In this document: one piece after another, positions 1 through 10,735 of the stretch
Numbering within the stretch: position 1 is the stretch's first letter
Layout of the letters: each line of letters opens with the position of its first letter
Assembly: GCA_965140585.1 (NCBI GenBank)
Contig: OZ223269.1
Coordinates: 896,001 to 960,000, forward strand
Length of the DNA stretch: 64,000 bases
Origin: Spirochaetia bacterium
GTDB lineage: Bacteria > Spirochaetota > Spirochaetia > UBA9216
Direction of reading: 5' to 3'
Notes under the pieces: generated by a model
Seen by the model: the letters and a program-made list of their open reading frames with translations, nothing else
Database searches by the model: none
Told to the model about the DNA's origin: nothing
Position numbers and translations under genes: made by a program

Positions 1-2
1 AA

Positions 3-1130
3 CTGCCCGATGAAATCAAACCCTTTGTACATCTCGGCGCAACATCCGTTGATATTCTTGACACTGCATCATCAATGAAGTATCGGGACGGTGTTAAAAA
101 CGTTATTCTCCCGCAGCTTATTGAGCTTGAAGAAAAGCTTATAAAAGTTGCTGCAGAAGAAGCAGACACTCCTCAGGTAGGAAGAACACACGGTCAGCAT
201 GCAGTTCCAGTAACATTAGGATTTGCACTTGCTGAATATGTATCACGTCTTGGTAAATCGATAATAGAAATTGAAAGACTTTCCAATCAGCTTAAAGGTA
301 AACTTGCCGGAGCGGTCGGAGCATATAATTCAACCAGTATGATGGTTAAGGATCCATTTGATCTTGAAAAGAGATATCTTGACTATTTAGGGCTTGAAGC
401 TTCAGAGCATTCAACACAGATGGTCGAGCCTGAGTACCTGTTAAGACTGCTTCTTGAAATCAACACTGCTTTCGGTGTACTTGCAAATCTCGCAGATGAT
501 CTGAGGCATCTTCAGCGTTCTGAGATTTCAGAATTGCGGGAGATGTTTACATCAACCCAGGTTGGTTCTTCAACAATGCCGCAGAAAAGAAATCCATGGA
601 ATTCAGAACATGTAAAGAGCCTCTGGAAGGCATTTGCTCCAAGGGTTGTAACTTTCTACATGGACCAGATTTCAGAACATCAGAGAGATCTTTCAAACTC
701 TGCGTCAGCAAGATTTATTGCAGATTATATAGCCGGATTCAGTGCGGCTGTCGCAAGGATGATCAAGATAGTAAGTACTCTTTATGTTGATAAAAAGAGA
801 CTTTCCGAGAATCTGCATTTTACAGGAGACCTGGTTCTTGCTGAAGCAGCATATATTCTTCTTTCATGTGCCGGAGAACCCGATGCTCACGAGGTTATCA
901 GAAAGGTCACACTCGAATGTGAAAAGAACGGAACTACACTTGCTGCAGAACTGCCGAAACAGCCTGAAGTATGGAAGAGTATTTCCGAACAGCTTTCTTC
1001 TACCGCAGGAATAGATGCTGCTGAATTCTTTGCAAAACCTGAACTTTACCGCGGCAAGGCTGTAGAAAAGACAATGATGATTACCGGAAGGTATACAGAT
1101 GAAATGAAAAAAATAAGGGAGAGTCTCTAA
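3..1130 (+). CDS. purB: Adenylosuccinate lyase (5'-truncated by window edge)
   Basis: Frame is open from position 3 (LPDEIKPFVHLGATSVDILDTA); GRTHGQHA and fumarase-family SSTMPQKRNP signature. Confidence 0.93.
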   Translation: MPDEIKPFVHLGATSVDILDTASSMKYRDGVKNVILPQLIELEEKLIKVAAEEADTPQVGRTHGQHAVPVTLGFALAEYVSRLGKSIIEIERLSNQLKGKLAGAVGAYNSTSMMVKDPFDLEKRYLDYLGLEASEHSTQMVEPEYLLRLLLEINTAFGVLANLADDLRHLQRSEISELREMFTSTQVGSSTMPQKRNPWNSEHVKSLWKAFAPRVVTFYMDQISEHQRDLSNSASARFIADYIAGFSAAVARMIKIVSTLYVDKKRLSENLHFTGDLVLAEAAYILLSCAGEPDAHEVIRKVTLECEKNGTTLAAELPKQPEVWKSISEQLSSTAGIDAAEFFAKPELYRGKAVEKTMMITGRYTDEMKKIRESL

Positions 1131-1131
1131 G

Positions 1132-2571
1132 ATGGAAATAAAAGAATCATACAGTTACGACGATATTCTGCTCATCCCGGGTAATTCTTCTGTACTTCCT
1201 CATACTGCGAGTGTGAAAACAAGACTGGCCGGTGATATATATCTTAATACTCCTGTTCTCTCAGCCGCTATGGATACGGTTACAGAAGAGGATATGGCCA
1301 TAGCCCTTGCACTTGAAGGCGGGGCCGGTGTTATTCACCGGAATCTGTCTCCGGAAGAACAGGCTGCTCAGGTTGGGTCTGTAAAGCGTTTTCTCAACTG
1401 GATCATAGAAAATCCTATAACTGTCCATGAAGACACGCTGATAGGCGATGTAAGGGCTCTGAGACAGAAATACGGCGTATCCGGTTTCCCGGTCACCAAT
1501 GAAACAGGAATTTTGACCGGAATTATTACCGGCCGTGATCTGAGGTTCTGTGACAACAATAACCTGCTTGTTAAAAATGTAATGACTGGAAAGGTTATTA
1601 CTGAAAGCGGTAACATAACACCGGAATCTGCACAAGATAAATTCAATACCTACAAAATTGAGAAACTGCCGGTAGTTGATGCTTCAGGGAAGATTACAGG
1701 ACTTATTACTGTAAAGGATATGGAAAAGCACAACGACCATCCTAATGCCGCAACTGATGCTCACGGAAGACTGATTGTAGGAGCCGCTGTTTCTCCGCAG
1801 GATTTTGATAGACGAATTCCGCTGCTGCTTGAAAACAGGGTTGATTTTATTGCACTCGATACAGCACACGGTGATGCAGACAGCGTAATCAAGGCTGTTG
1901 CCGATATAAAGAAAAAATACAATATAACTGTTATAGGCGGAAATGCTGCAACTGCTGAAGCTACCAGAAGGCTGATCGATGCCGGCTCTGATGCCGTAAA
2001 GGTTGGAGTTGGACCAGGCTCTATATGTACAACACGAATAGTAGCCGGAATTGGTGTTCCACAGTTTTCAGCTGTAATGTGGTGCGCCGAAGAAGCTGAA
2101 AAAGATAACATACCAATTATTGCTGACGGCGGAATCAAGTTTTCCGGTGATATAACCAAGGCTATTGCAGCGGGAGGTTCTTCGATCATGGTAGGAAACC
2201 TCTTCGCCGGTCTTAAGGAATCACCCGGTAAGGAAGTTATTTACGAAGGCCGTATTTTCAAGCAGTACAGAGGAATGGGCTCCATAGGTGCAATTGCCGA
2301 AGGTTCGGGCGACCGTTACCAGATGAAAGAGGGAGACGCCCCGGTTCCTGAGGGAATAGAAGGACGCGTTCCGTACAAGGGTGAGCTTAAGCCCTTCCTT
2401 CACCAGCTTATGACAGGCCTAAAAAAAGGAATGAGTTATTGCGGATGTTCGGATATAAATGAATTGCGCAATTATAAAAATTTTGTTAAGATTTCCCCCG
2501 CTGGTCTCCGGGAAAGTCATGCTCATGACATTATGATAACCCAGGAGGCTCCTAACTATTCAAAGAATTAA
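1132..2571 (+). CDS. guaB: IMP dehydrogenase with CBS pair
   Basis: SAAMDTVTE, GVGPGSICTTR catalytic Cys loop, YRGMGS, PEGIEG. Confidence 0.97.
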   Translation: MEIKESYSYDDILLIPGNSSVLPHTASVKTRLAGDIYLNTPVLSAAMDTVTEEDMAIALALEGGAGVIHRNLSPEEQAAQVGSVKRFLNWIIENPITVHEDTLIGDVRALRQKYGVSGFPVTNETGILTGIITGRDLRFCDNNNLLVKNVMTGKVITESGNITPESAQDKFNTYKIEKLPVVDASGKITGLITVKDMEKHNDHPNAATDAHGRLIVGAAVSPQDFDRRIPLLLENRVDFIALDTAHGDADSVIKAVADIKKKYNITVIGGNAATAEATRRLIDAGSDAVKVGVGPGSICTTRIVAGIGVPQFSAVMWCAEEAEKDNIPIIADGGIKFSGDITKAIAAGGSSIMVGNLFAGLKESPGKEVIYEGRIFKQYRGMGSIGAIAEGSGDRYQMKEGDAPVPEGIEGRVPYKGELKPFLHQLMTGLKKGMSYCGCSDINELRNYKNFVKISPAGLRESHAHDIMITQEAPNYSKN

Positions 2572-2582
2572 GGGGAATTTTT

Positions 2583-3806
2583 ATGAATCTTGTAGTTGTA
2601 GGCGCTCAGTGGGGTGATGAGGGCAAGGGTAAAATTGTTGATTATCTCGCTAGTGAGGCGGATCTCGTAGTACGATATTCCGGCGGCGCCAATGCTGGAC
2701 ATACTATTGTTGCAGGTGATACGACTTACAAGCTTCACCTGATTCCTTCCGGTATTATTTATGGAGATAAAACTGTTGTACTTGGTACCGGTATGGCTAT
2801 CGACCTTACTTCAATGTTTGAGGAGCTGGAAACCCTAAGCAGTCAGGGAATTGACTGGAAGGGAAGAGTTCTTATTTCTGATCGTGCACATATTGTTCTT
2901 CCGAGATATAAGGAAGAAGATATAGACCTCGATAAAAAACGAATCAAACCCATCGGGACAACAGGCCGCGGAATGGGTGTTACTTACGCTCACAAAGCAC
3001 ACCGCGACGGTGTGAGAATTGCGGATCTGTTTAACGATGATATTTACGGACGCCTAAGCAAGGCAGATACCGATTATCTTTCCCAGTACAAAGAACGTAT
3101 CAAAGAAATGGTAATCGATCTCTGCAGCTTTATGGCAGATAGCAAAGACAAAAAGGTTTTGTTCGAAGGAGCACAGGGTGTACTTCTTGACCTGGACGTC
3201 GGGACATATCCCTTTGTATCTTCTGGCTATTCACAGGCTGCCGGTGCAGCAATGGGCGGGGGAATCGGCCCCCGTAATATTCATGGAGTAATGGGCGTAT
3301 TCAAGGCTTACTCAACAAGAGTAGGAAATGGTCCTTTCCCGAGTGAGTTTAAAGAAGGCCGCGACGGCGATCTTGAAAACTACATACGGGAAACCGGCCG
3401 TGAATACGGTGTAACAACAGGGCGCCCCAGACGCTGCGGATACCTTGATCTTCCTGCTCTAAAATATTCATGCAGGGTTAACTCGCTTGATTCACTTGTT
3501 CTTACACACCTTGATGTCTACGACGAAATAGATGAGCTTAAAGTCTGTATAGCCTATGAATGCGACGGCGAGCTAATTGAAAACTTCCCTACAGATATAA
3601 CTGTTCTTGAAAAAGCTGTTCCTGTAACCCGGAAATTCAAAGGCTGGAAAAAAAGTCTCAAAGACTGCAGGTCTTTTGATGAACTTCCGAAAGAAGCCGT
3701 TGAATATATTGAATTCATTGAAAAGTACACTGAAACTTCAGTAGATATAGTTTCAATAGGATATAAAAGGGAAGAAACAATCTTAAGAAAGGATTTCTGG
3801 AAATAG
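2583..3806 (+). CDS. purA: Adenylosuccinate synthetase
   Basis: GAQWGDEGKGK, GGANAGHT, EGAQG, GVTTGRPRRCG. Confidence 0.97.
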   Translation: MNLVVVGAQWGDEGKGKIVDYLASEADLVVRYSGGANAGHTIVAGDTTYKLHLIPSGIIYGDKTVVLGTGMAIDLTSMFEELETLSSQGIDWKGRVLISDRAHIVLPRYKEEDIDLDKKRIKPIGTTGRGMGVTYAHKAHRDGVRIADLFNDDIYGRLSKADTDYLSQYKERIKEMVIDLCSFMADSKDKKVLFEGAQGVLLDLDVGTYPFVSSGYSQAAGAAMGGGIGPRNIHGVMGVFKAYSTRVGNGPFPSEFKEGRDGDLENYIRETGREYGVTTGRPRRCGYLDLPALKYSCRVNSLDSLVLTHLDVYDEIDELKVCIAYECDGELIENFPTDITVLEKAVPVTRKFKGWKKSLKDCRSFDELPKEAVEYIEFIEKYTETSVDIVSIGYKREETILRKDFWK

Positions 3807-5354
3807 ATGGATAAAATTCTCGTTTTTGATTTCGGCAGTCAGACTACACAGCTCATAGCAAGAAGGATACGTGACTTCGGTGTCTATACCGATATAGTTA
3901 CAGCGGAAACAGAATGTACTGCAGAACTGTTAAAAGATGTAAAGGGCATTATTATGTCCGGTTCACCTTCATCAGTTTATGAGCAAGATGCACCTAAACC
4001 GCATTTTTCCATATATGAGACAGGGCTGCCTATGCTTGGAATCTGTTACGGCTTTCAGAGAATGACAGCCGACTTCGGAGGAAAAGTTGAAGCGCTTGAA
4101 AAACGGGAATACGGAAGATCCAATATCTCCTATAAAAAAGAATCACAGCTTTTTGCTGGCATAAATGACGGATTCACATCCTGGATGAGCCACGGCGACA
4201 GTATTGAGAAGCTCGGAGACGGGTTTGAGCTGATTGCTAAATCGGAACATCATATTGCCTGCGGATATAACAGTAAAATAAATGCCTACGGTATTCAGTT
4301 CCATCCTGAAGTAACCCACTGTGAGCGGGGTATCGATGTTCTTAAAAACTTTGTTACAGGCATCTGCGCTGCAGAGACCGGATGGAATATGGACGCCTAC
4401 CTTCAGCAGGAAATTGAGGAAGTTCAGCGCCGTGTTGGGGAACATGATGTACTTCTTCTTATTTCCGGCGGTGTTGATTCTACAGTAGTAGGCGGACTAC
4501 TGCTTAAGGCCCTTGATCCTTCAAAAGTACATCTTATGTACATTGATACTGGTATGATGCGCAAGAATGAATCTGCCGAAGTAGAGCAGGGCCTTAAGAA
4601 ACTTGGTGCTGAAAATCTCTATCTTATTGATGCCTCAGAACGTTTTCTTACTGCTCTTAAGGGTATAAGCGAACCTGAGAAAAAGCGTGAAATTATCGGT
4701 GACCTTTTTATAAAGGTTCAGGAAGATGAGATCAAAAAACGTCTCAGCGGAGACTACATGCTCGCGCAGGGAACTTTGTACACCGACCTTATAGAATCTG
4801 GCAAGGGTGTTGGTAAGAAAGCACATGTAATTAAATCACACCACAATGTCCGCTCACCTCTTGTTGAAGCCAAGCGTAATGCAGGGCTTATTATTGAACC
4901 TCTTGGGAAATTGTATAAGGATGAAGTTCGCGAACTCGGACGTAAGGTCGGAATAAGCGAAGAGATTATCCGAAGGCATCCTTTCCCGGGCCCTGGCCTT
5001 GCAGTAAGAATAATCAGCGATATTACTTTCGAAAAATGCGAGCTTCTTCGTGAAGCAGATTATATATTTATCAGTGAGCTCAAAAAACGTGGGTTGTATG
5101 ATAAAATCTGGCAGGCGTTTGCCGTACTTCTGCCGGTAAAATCGGTGGGTGTCGCCGGAGATGTCAGAAAATACGGTAATGTTCTTGCACTGCGTGCAAT
5201 CAACAGCAGCGACGGTATGACTGCTGATGTATATCCATTCGAAACCAAAGACCTGCTTGAAATATCATCGCTTATAACAAACTCTATACCGGGTATCGGC
5301 AGGGTTGTTTATGATATTTCATCAAAACCGCCCGCAACAATCGAGTGGGAATAG
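3807..5354 (+). CDS. guaA: GMP synthase (glutamine-hydrolysing)
   Basis: DFGSQ, GICYG, QFHPEV, SGGVDS, IKSHHNV, HPFPGPGL, KPPATIEWE. Confidence 0.97.
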   Translation: MDKILVFDFGSQTTQLIARRIRDFGVYTDIVTAETECTAELLKDVKGIIMSGSPSSVYEQDAPKPHFSIYETGLPMLGICYGFQRMTADFGGKVEALEKREYGRSNISYKKESQLFAGINDGFTSWMSHGDSIEKLGDGFELIAKSEHHIACGYNSKINAYGIQFHPEVTHCERGIDVLKNFVTGICAAETGWNMDAYLQQEIEEVQRRVGEHDVLLLISGGVDSTVVGGLLLKALDPSKVHLMYIDTGMMRKNESAEVEQGLKKLGAENLYLIDASERFLTALKGISEPEKKREIIGDLFIKVQEDEIKKRLSGDYMLAQGTLYTDLIESGKGVGKKAHVIKSHHNVRSPLVEAKRNAGLIIEPLGKLYKDEVRELGRKVGISEEIIRRHPFPGPGLAVRIISDITFEKCELLREADYIFISELKKRGLYDKIWQAFAVLLPVKSVGVAGDVRKYGNVLALRAINSSDGMTADVYPFETKDLLEISSLITNSIPGIGRVVYDISSKPPATIEWE

Positions 5355-5355
5355 C

Positions 5356-5922
5356 TTAAAACACTCCCAGGTTTCGTAAAAGCATAATAACTGCTATCAG
5401 TACAAGCACTCCGCCGCCCGCAGTTTCCGCATGCTGCCCAAGCGATAGTCCAATCCGTTTGCCGGCATGGGCACCAAATGCTGAGATTATCAGTGTAACT
5501 ACACCTGTTATTAAAGCTGGAAATACAATTCCATAGCCCATGCTGGAATATGACAATCCTGCAGCCATGGCATCTATACTTGTTGCAACCGATAGCATGA
5601 GAAGTATCCTGAAATTGAAATAATCATCAGGGTCCCGGCAGCCTTCCTCGGATTTTATGCTCTCTACCATCATCTTGACTCCTACAAAACCAAGCAGTCC
5701 GAAAGAAATCCATCTTGTGACAACGGCCATAAAAAGGCTTAGGATATTTCCGGCGAACCATCCAATTATTGGCATTAGAAACTGAAAAAATCCGAATGCA
5801 CCGGCTACAATAAGAGATTTGGACCATTTAAGCCCGGGATTGGAACATCCGCATGTAATTGAAACAGCAAAGGCATCCATAGCCAGGCTGACGGCAATAG
5901 CTAATACAGTTGTCAGATGCAT
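5356..5922 (-). CDS. mntP: Manganese efflux pump MntP
   Basis: Two DUF204 repeats: SLAMDAFAVS and ATSIDAMAAG; hydrophobic. Confidence 0.88.
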   Translation of the reverse strand: MHLTTVLAIAVSLAMDAFAVSITCGCSNPGLKWSKSLIVAGAFGFFQFLMPIIGWFAGNILSLFMAVVTRWISFGLLGFVGVKMMVESIKSEEGCRDPDDYFNFRILLMLSVATSIDAMAAGLSYSSMGYGIVFPALITGVVTLIISAFGAHAGKRIGLSLGQHAETAGGGVLVLIAVIMLLRNLGVF

Positions 5923-6587
5923 ATATCAATCTCCAGAAGATCGGCAAGCTGTGTTACAGCATGAAAATAATAATCACATAAAGCTTTCATGTCATCTTCA
6001 ATTTCCGATATGGAATGCCCCCATCCTGCACCGGCAATATCTATACCGGAATTCCTGGCCATTGTGACTCCCGGCTTTAAATCGTCAATCATCAGTATTT
6101 CATCAGGGCTAAACCCATATTCATTTATTATCTGCTCAACCGGCCATATACTTGGCTTTCTTTTATTTTCATCATAATCCCAGCCGAATATCATATCAGG
6201 CATAAAACCGTCACCACGGGTTTTATAATGTCTTTTAATAACATCAGCTTCCGAATGTGAGACAACAATAATCTTACCGCCTCGATTCTGGAATATCTTC
6301 ATTATTTCAAGAATACCCTTAAAGAAATGAGGATTGGAGTCTTCATTGAAGCTTCTCCATATGTCGTATTCCTGCTTCATCTCATCATCTGAAAAACCAA
6401 GTTCATTTACAAAATATTCAATAACTCCGGGATGGTAGTTTTTTAAAAGCCAAGTATTTAAATCAACGGGTTTCTGTCCGGGACGCATTATCCGAATAGT
6501 TTCAACATGGGCAGGATAGTGAATCTCAGCAGTGCTTTTAACTGAAGTATCATCATGATCAAATATCAGACATTTGTATTTATTCAA
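5913..6587 (-). CDS. HAD-family hydrolase
   Basis: LIFDHDDT motif I, KPS, MIDDLKPG motif IV. Confidence 0.8.
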   Translation of the reverse strand: MNKYKCLIFDHDDTSVKSTAEIHYPAHVETIRIMRPGQKPVDLNTWLLKNYHPGVIEYFVNELGFSDDEMKQEYDIWRSFNEDSNPHFFKGILEIMKIFQNRGGKIIVVSHSEADVIKRHYKTRGDGFMPDMIFGWDYDENKRKPSIWPVEQIINEYGFSPDEILMIDDLKPGVTMARNSGIDIAGAGWGHSISEIEDDMKALCDYYFHAVTQLADLLEIDICI

Positions 6588-6678
6588 GGTAGCCTCTTAT
6601 TTCTTTTGTGCTCAATAATAATGATATTTCCTATTTACCACAAGCTAAGTGATTAGTATATTGTGTTGGGGTTTTATT

Positions 6679-7248
6679 ATGTCAGTAAAAAGCATCTGCG
6701 TATTCTGCGGGTCAAGTTTCGGAAACAACAAGCTATATAGAGAGAAAACAGAAACTCTTGGTAGATTATTAGCCGCAAAAGGCATTAACCTTGTCTATGG
6801 AGGCGGTGCCGTCGGGCTTATGGGAGTGCTGGCCGAAGCTGTTATGAATAACAGCGGAACAGTTACCGGTGTTATTCCTGAACTAATAAGCGGAAAGGTG
6901 GAACATATAAATCTGACCAGAAATATAGTTACAAAAGACATGCATGAACGAAAGAAAACCATGTATGAGCTTGCGGACGGTTTTATAGCACTTCCAGGTG
7001 GTATAGGCACTGTGGAAGAACTGTCGGAAGTCTATACATGGCAGCAGCTTGGATACCATAATAAACCGGTTTCGCTTTATAATATCAACGGATTTTTTGA
7101 CGGTTTTACCGGATTTCTTGATCATGCCGTGAATGAAGGTTTTATAAAACAGGTGCACAGAAACAGACTTATTATTTCTGATGAGCCTGAGAATTTATTT
7201 TATCAGCTGGATAATTACAGCGGTGAAACTATTGATAAATGGAGTTAA
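6679..7248 (+). CDS. LOG family / TIGR00730 nucleotide phosphoribohydrolase
   Basis: ICVFCGSS, YGGG, MHERK, PGGIGTVEEL; start moved to the ATG at 6679. Confidence 0.88.
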   Translation: MSVKSICVFCGSSFGNNKLYREKTETLGRLLAAKGINLVYGGGAVGLMGVLAEAVMNNSGTVTGVIPELISGKVEHINLTRNIVTKDMHERKKTMYELADGFIALPGGIGTVEELSEVYTWQQLGYHNKPVSLYNINGFFDGFTGFLDHAVNEGFIKQVHRNRLIISDEPENLFYQLDNYSGETIDKWS

Positions 7249-7249
7249 G

Positions 7250-8140
7250 ATGTCACAGGACAATATGCTGATTTTTCTTCTTGATAACGGAAGATATAGA
7301 GGCGCGATAATTGATTCTACTGAAATGCTCAGATTGATGCAGGAAAAACATGAAACAGGTGTACTTGAAACCTTCGCACTTGGTGAAACCTACACAGCCG
7401 CCGGATTATTAACATCGATGCTTAAGGGAAAAGACAGGATGATAATCCGCTTTGAATGCCAGGGGCCTATTAAGGGGATAAGTGTAGAAACAACTGCTGA
7501 AGGTAACGTCAGAGGTTATTTAATGAATAACCCTATACCTCTTTCAAAAATTCCAGAGAGTTTGGATCTGTCAGATTTATTCGGTCCAGGGTTTTTATCT
7601 ATAATTAAATTTCCGGAAGGCAGCCGGCAGTCGTTTACCGGCCAGGTTATGATTGAATACGGAAGCATAGCCAAAGATCTGGCCGGATATTATACAACAT
7701 CTGAAAATACTCCTACTGCATTTAATCTAAGTGTGAAATTCAATAAAGACGGTTCGATAAAAGGTGCCGGCGGTATATTTATTCAGCGTCTTCCCGATTC
7801 TGATACTATAAAGGGAGACGATGAGAGAACCGCAGAGATTGAACAGTCTTTGGTAAATATGGATTCTATCGGAGTAACCCTTTCAGCGGGCACAGAATTA
7901 TCTGAGATTGTTTTTAATAATTTCAGGAAATTTCAGCCGGATGTTATTGCTGAAAGGTCGATAAATTTTTCATGCAGCTGCAACAGAGAACTTTTTGAAA
8001 CTTATCTGAAGGGGCTTCCCGAAAACGATCGAACGGATCTCGCGGAGAATGGTCCATTTCCATTAAAAACCACCTGTCATAACTGCAACACTGTATATGA
8101 ATTTTCCAAACATGAACTTAGAAAGATGTTCAGCCTCTAA
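7250..8140 (+). CDS. hslO: Hsp33 redox chaperone
   Basis: GAGGIFIQRLP and C-terminal CSC...CHNC zinc site; GGAG RBS before the ATG at 7250. Confidence 0.85.
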   Translation: MSQDNMLIFLLDNGRYRGAIIDSTEMLRLMQEKHETGVLETFALGETYTAAGLLTSMLKGKDRMIIRFECQGPIKGISVETTAEGNVRGYLMNNPIPLSKIPESLDLSDLFGPGFLSIIKFPEGSRQSFTGQVMIEYGSIAKDLAGYYTTSENTPTAFNLSVKFNKDGSIKGAGGIFIQRLPDSDTIKGDDERTAEIEQSLVNMDSIGVTLSAGTELSEIVFNNFRKFQPDVIAERSINFSCSCNRELFETYLKGLPENDRTDLAENGPFPLKTTCHNCNTVYEFSKHELRKMFSL

Positions 8141-8157
8141 GCACTGAACATCTTTCT
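8120..8157. terminator. Putative bidirectional terminator between convergent genes
   Basis: 14-bp perfect stem AGAAAGATGTTCAG / CTGAACATCTTTCT with a 10-nt loop. Confidence 0.55.
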
Positions 8158-8166
8158 TACTAAGGC

Positions 8167-8511
8167 TTAAAGCGCGAATTCTTTAAGCTCGCCGATTTTA
8201 TATTTTTCCAGAGCAGCTTTTGCGCTTAAACCTTCTGCGCCGACATATATTTTAATTCCGGAACTCTTAAGTACTTCCGCAGCATTTCCGCCGGGACCGT
8301 TACCTGTTATCAAAACCTCTGAACCAGTATCAAAAAGTCTTTTAGTAGTTCTTGGACCTGCTCCATGTGCTTCATTCTGCACATCAGTATTGTCTACAAT
8401 TGTCACTGAATTATCTTCTTCATCTAGGCAGAGCAGATAATCTGTTCTGCCGAATCTTGCATCAATCTGTGAATCCAGATCTTTTCCCTTGGTTGTAAAT
8501 GCTATTTTCAT
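8167..8511 (-). CDS. NifB/NifX-family (FeMo-co biosynthesis domain) protein
   Basis: DARFGR, HGAG, LITGNGPGGNA motifs. Confidence 0.8.
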   Translation of the reverse strand: MKIAFTTKGKDLDSQIDARFGRTDYLLCLDEEDNSVTIVDNTDVQNEAHGAGPRTTKRLFDTGSEVLITGNGPGGNAAEVLKSSGIKIYVGAEGLSAKAALEKYKIGELKEFAL

Positions 8512-9395
8512 TTATTGTTCTCCTTGATTATATTTGTTATTTTTTTATGAATATCACAAATTATATTGTGTATTGATTCATCTGAAGTTTCCGCCACAGT
8601 TTTTCCTTCAAGCATCATTTCGGTAAAAACCCTGCTGTACGGTAATTCAGCAAGCAGGGGAAGGGCTCTTTGCTGAGCGAATGCTCTGATTTCAGCAGTA
8701 TTGGAATTGTTTAGGTCAGCCTTGTTTATAATAAGACATGAATTAATATCGAATTTCTGTGAAAGTTCAAAAACCCGTTTTAGATCGTGCAGACCGGACT
8801 TTGTCGGCTCGGTAACGAATACAATCAAATCTGCTCCGCTGATGGATGAAATTACAGGACAGCCGATACCGGGGGAGCCGTCAACAATAATAATTTCTTT
8901 ACTGTCTCTATCTGCTATTTCACGGGCTGTTTTTTTAACGTGAGCAACCAGTTTCCCTGAGTTGTCTGAGCCGGGTTTAAGCCTGGCATGTACCATTGTT
9001 GTTCCGGTCCGAATAGTAGACTGATAGCTTTCACCCGAATGTTTAGGTGAAAGCGTAACTGCTTCTGCCGGACATATTTCATAGCAGTATCCGCAGCCTT
9101 CACATGAAATCGAATTAACTGAGAAATTTCCTTTTTTAACGGAAATAGCTCTAAACGCACAGACATCTATACATTTACTGCATAAGATACATTTTGAAGA
9201 ATCTATATAAGCTTCATTTCCGCTGTAAAAATCTTTCTTTCCTGCATAGTCTGGTTCAAGCAGGATATGCATGTCATCAGCATCTACATCACAGTCACAT
9301 ACTACAGCTTCACTGCCGAACTTTACCGACATTGCTGCTGTTATGGATGTTTTTCCGGTGCCGCCCTTGCCTGATAAAACTACAATTTCTTTCAT
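8508..9395 (-). CDS. MinD/ParA-like P-loop ATPase with 4Fe-4S domain
   Basis: SGKGGTGKT, two CxxCxxCxxxC motifs, DGSPGIGCP. Confidence 0.85.
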   Translation of the reverse strand: MKEIVVLSGKGGTGKTSITAAMSVKFGSEAVVCDCDVDADDMHILLEPDYAGKKDFYSGNEAYIDSSKCILCSKCIDVCAFRAISVKKGNFSVNSISCEGCGYCYEICPAEAVTLSPKHSGESYQSTIRTGTTMVHARLKPGSDNSGKLVAHVKKTAREIADRDSKEIIIVDGSPGIGCPVISSISGADLIVFVTEPTKSGLHDLKRVFELSQKFDINSCLIINKADLNNSNTAEIRAFAQQRALPLLAELPYSRVFTEMMLEGKTVAETSDESIHNIICDIHKKITNIIKENNK

Positions 9396-10258
9396 CTCTT
9401 ACGCCTGCCTAAATATATTGAAAGTTTCTCAAGCTCCATCCTGAACTCAATAATTTCTTCAAAGAGCAGTTTTCCTTCTGAATACAGCTCTGCTGCTTTT
9501 CTGCTGTCGGGGAATTTTGCAGCAATATCTATGTTATTTTCTTCACAGTATTTCTCAACTTCATTATCACCTGTGCCGTAACGGTTGATCACAACTGCAA
9601 AATCTTTTCCTATAATCTGCATTGTTTCAATTGCCAGTTTCAGATCATGAAAACCGAATGGTGTAGGCTCTGTGACAAGTATAACAAAGTCTGAATTATG
9701 CACAGATTCAATCATGGGACATGAAGTACCTGGCGGACAGTCGAGAAGAATGTGTTCACTTCTAAAGTATTTTTCATCAATAAGATCCAAAGTCTGTTTG
9801 ATTAGCGGAACAGCCTGTTCCTGTCCAATATCAAGTCGGCTTTCGATGAAAACCATGTCGTTACCGCTGCTTATGGATGTAATTCCTATATGCAGATTGG
9901 TAAAGGGAAGGGCATTCTCGGGACATAATTCTGTACACATACGGCATGAATGGCAGACTTCAGGCAGGACGACGATGCTTTTTCCCATTTTAATAATGGA
10001 ATTAAAACGGCAGTAGTCATCGCACTTTCCGCAGAGAGTACAGTTACTTTTATCCCATGAAGGTACCTGCCTGTATTGTTCAATTTTTTCTGTATAATCT
10101 CCCTTGATAAATAGTCCAGAATTCGGCTCCTCTACATCAAGATCTGCAAGTACAACCTGCTTGCCTGTTTTCAACGTAGATGAAAGATAAGAAGCAAGAT
10201 TAACAGATAATGTTGTTTTTCCGGTACCGCCTTTGCCGCTGGCTATTGCTGTAATCAT
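9392..10258 (-). CDS. MinD/ParA-like P-loop ATPase with 4Fe-4S domain (paralogue)
   Basis: SGKGGTGKTT, DLDVEEPN, two CxxCxxC motifs, DCPPGTSCP. Confidence 0.85.
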   Translation of the reverse strand: MITAIASGKGGTGKTTLSVNLASYLSSTLKTGKQVVLADLDVEEPNSGLFIKGDYTEKIEQYRQVPSWDKSNCTLCGKCDDYCRFNSIIKMGKSIVVLPEVCHSCRMCTELCPENALPFTNLHIGITSISSGNDMVFIESRLDIGQEQAVPLIKQTLDLIDEKYFRSEHILLDCPPGTSCPMIESVHNSDFVILVTEPTPFGFHDLKLAIETMQIIGKDFAVVINRYGTGDNEVEKYCEENNIDIAAKFPDSRKAAELYSEGKLLFEEIIEFRMELEKLSIYLGRRKR

Positions 10259-10698
10259 GAATGAAACTCCCTGCAGCATTTACCGTGGCCAAAGCTTTCA
10301 GCAATATCTGTCAATTCAATGCTTCCGCAATCAGGGCATTCCTTTCCCTTTTCATTCATCTCTTTTCGGAAAATATGCTGACAGTTCCTGCATCTGTAGA
10401 TGTTTCCCTTAAAATGGATATTTCCGCCTTCTATACGAAGTTCTGAACCTTGTACAAGATGCCTGGCAGATTTCTCTCTTGCCGAATCAATAAGCCTTGT
10501 GAACGTAGGTCTTGAAATTCCCATTAGTTCTGAAGCACTTTCATGATCATGGTTTAGAAAATCTGCAAGTCTTATTGCTTCATATTCATCAAGCGACATT
10601 ATCACTGTATATATTTTGCTTCTTTGTACACCTGTAGGTTTAAATGAACTGAATACTGGCGGTACAGATACTATCCTCTCTTTTTGAGGTCTTGGCAT
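10255..10698 (-). CDS. DUF134 family DNA-binding protein with C-terminal Zn ribbon
   Basis: MPRP...DEYEAIRLAD...MGISRPTF...IEGG; CxxC...CxxC. Confidence 0.85.
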   Translation of the reverse strand: MPRPQKERIVSVPPVFSSFKPTGVQRSKIYTVIMSLDEYEAIRLADFLNHDHESASELMGISRPTFTRLIDSAREKSARHLVQGSELRIEGGNIHFKGNIYRCRNCQHIFRKEMNEKGKECPDCGSIELTDIAESFGHGKCCREFHS

Positions 10699-10735
10699 AT
10701 TATCTCCATAAAAAATGTTTATTGAGATATTATAT

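Noticed and set aside
8167-8511. Nitrogen fixation inferred from the NifX-like gene
   Set aside because: No nifHDK here, and the family is widespread in non-diazotrophs.
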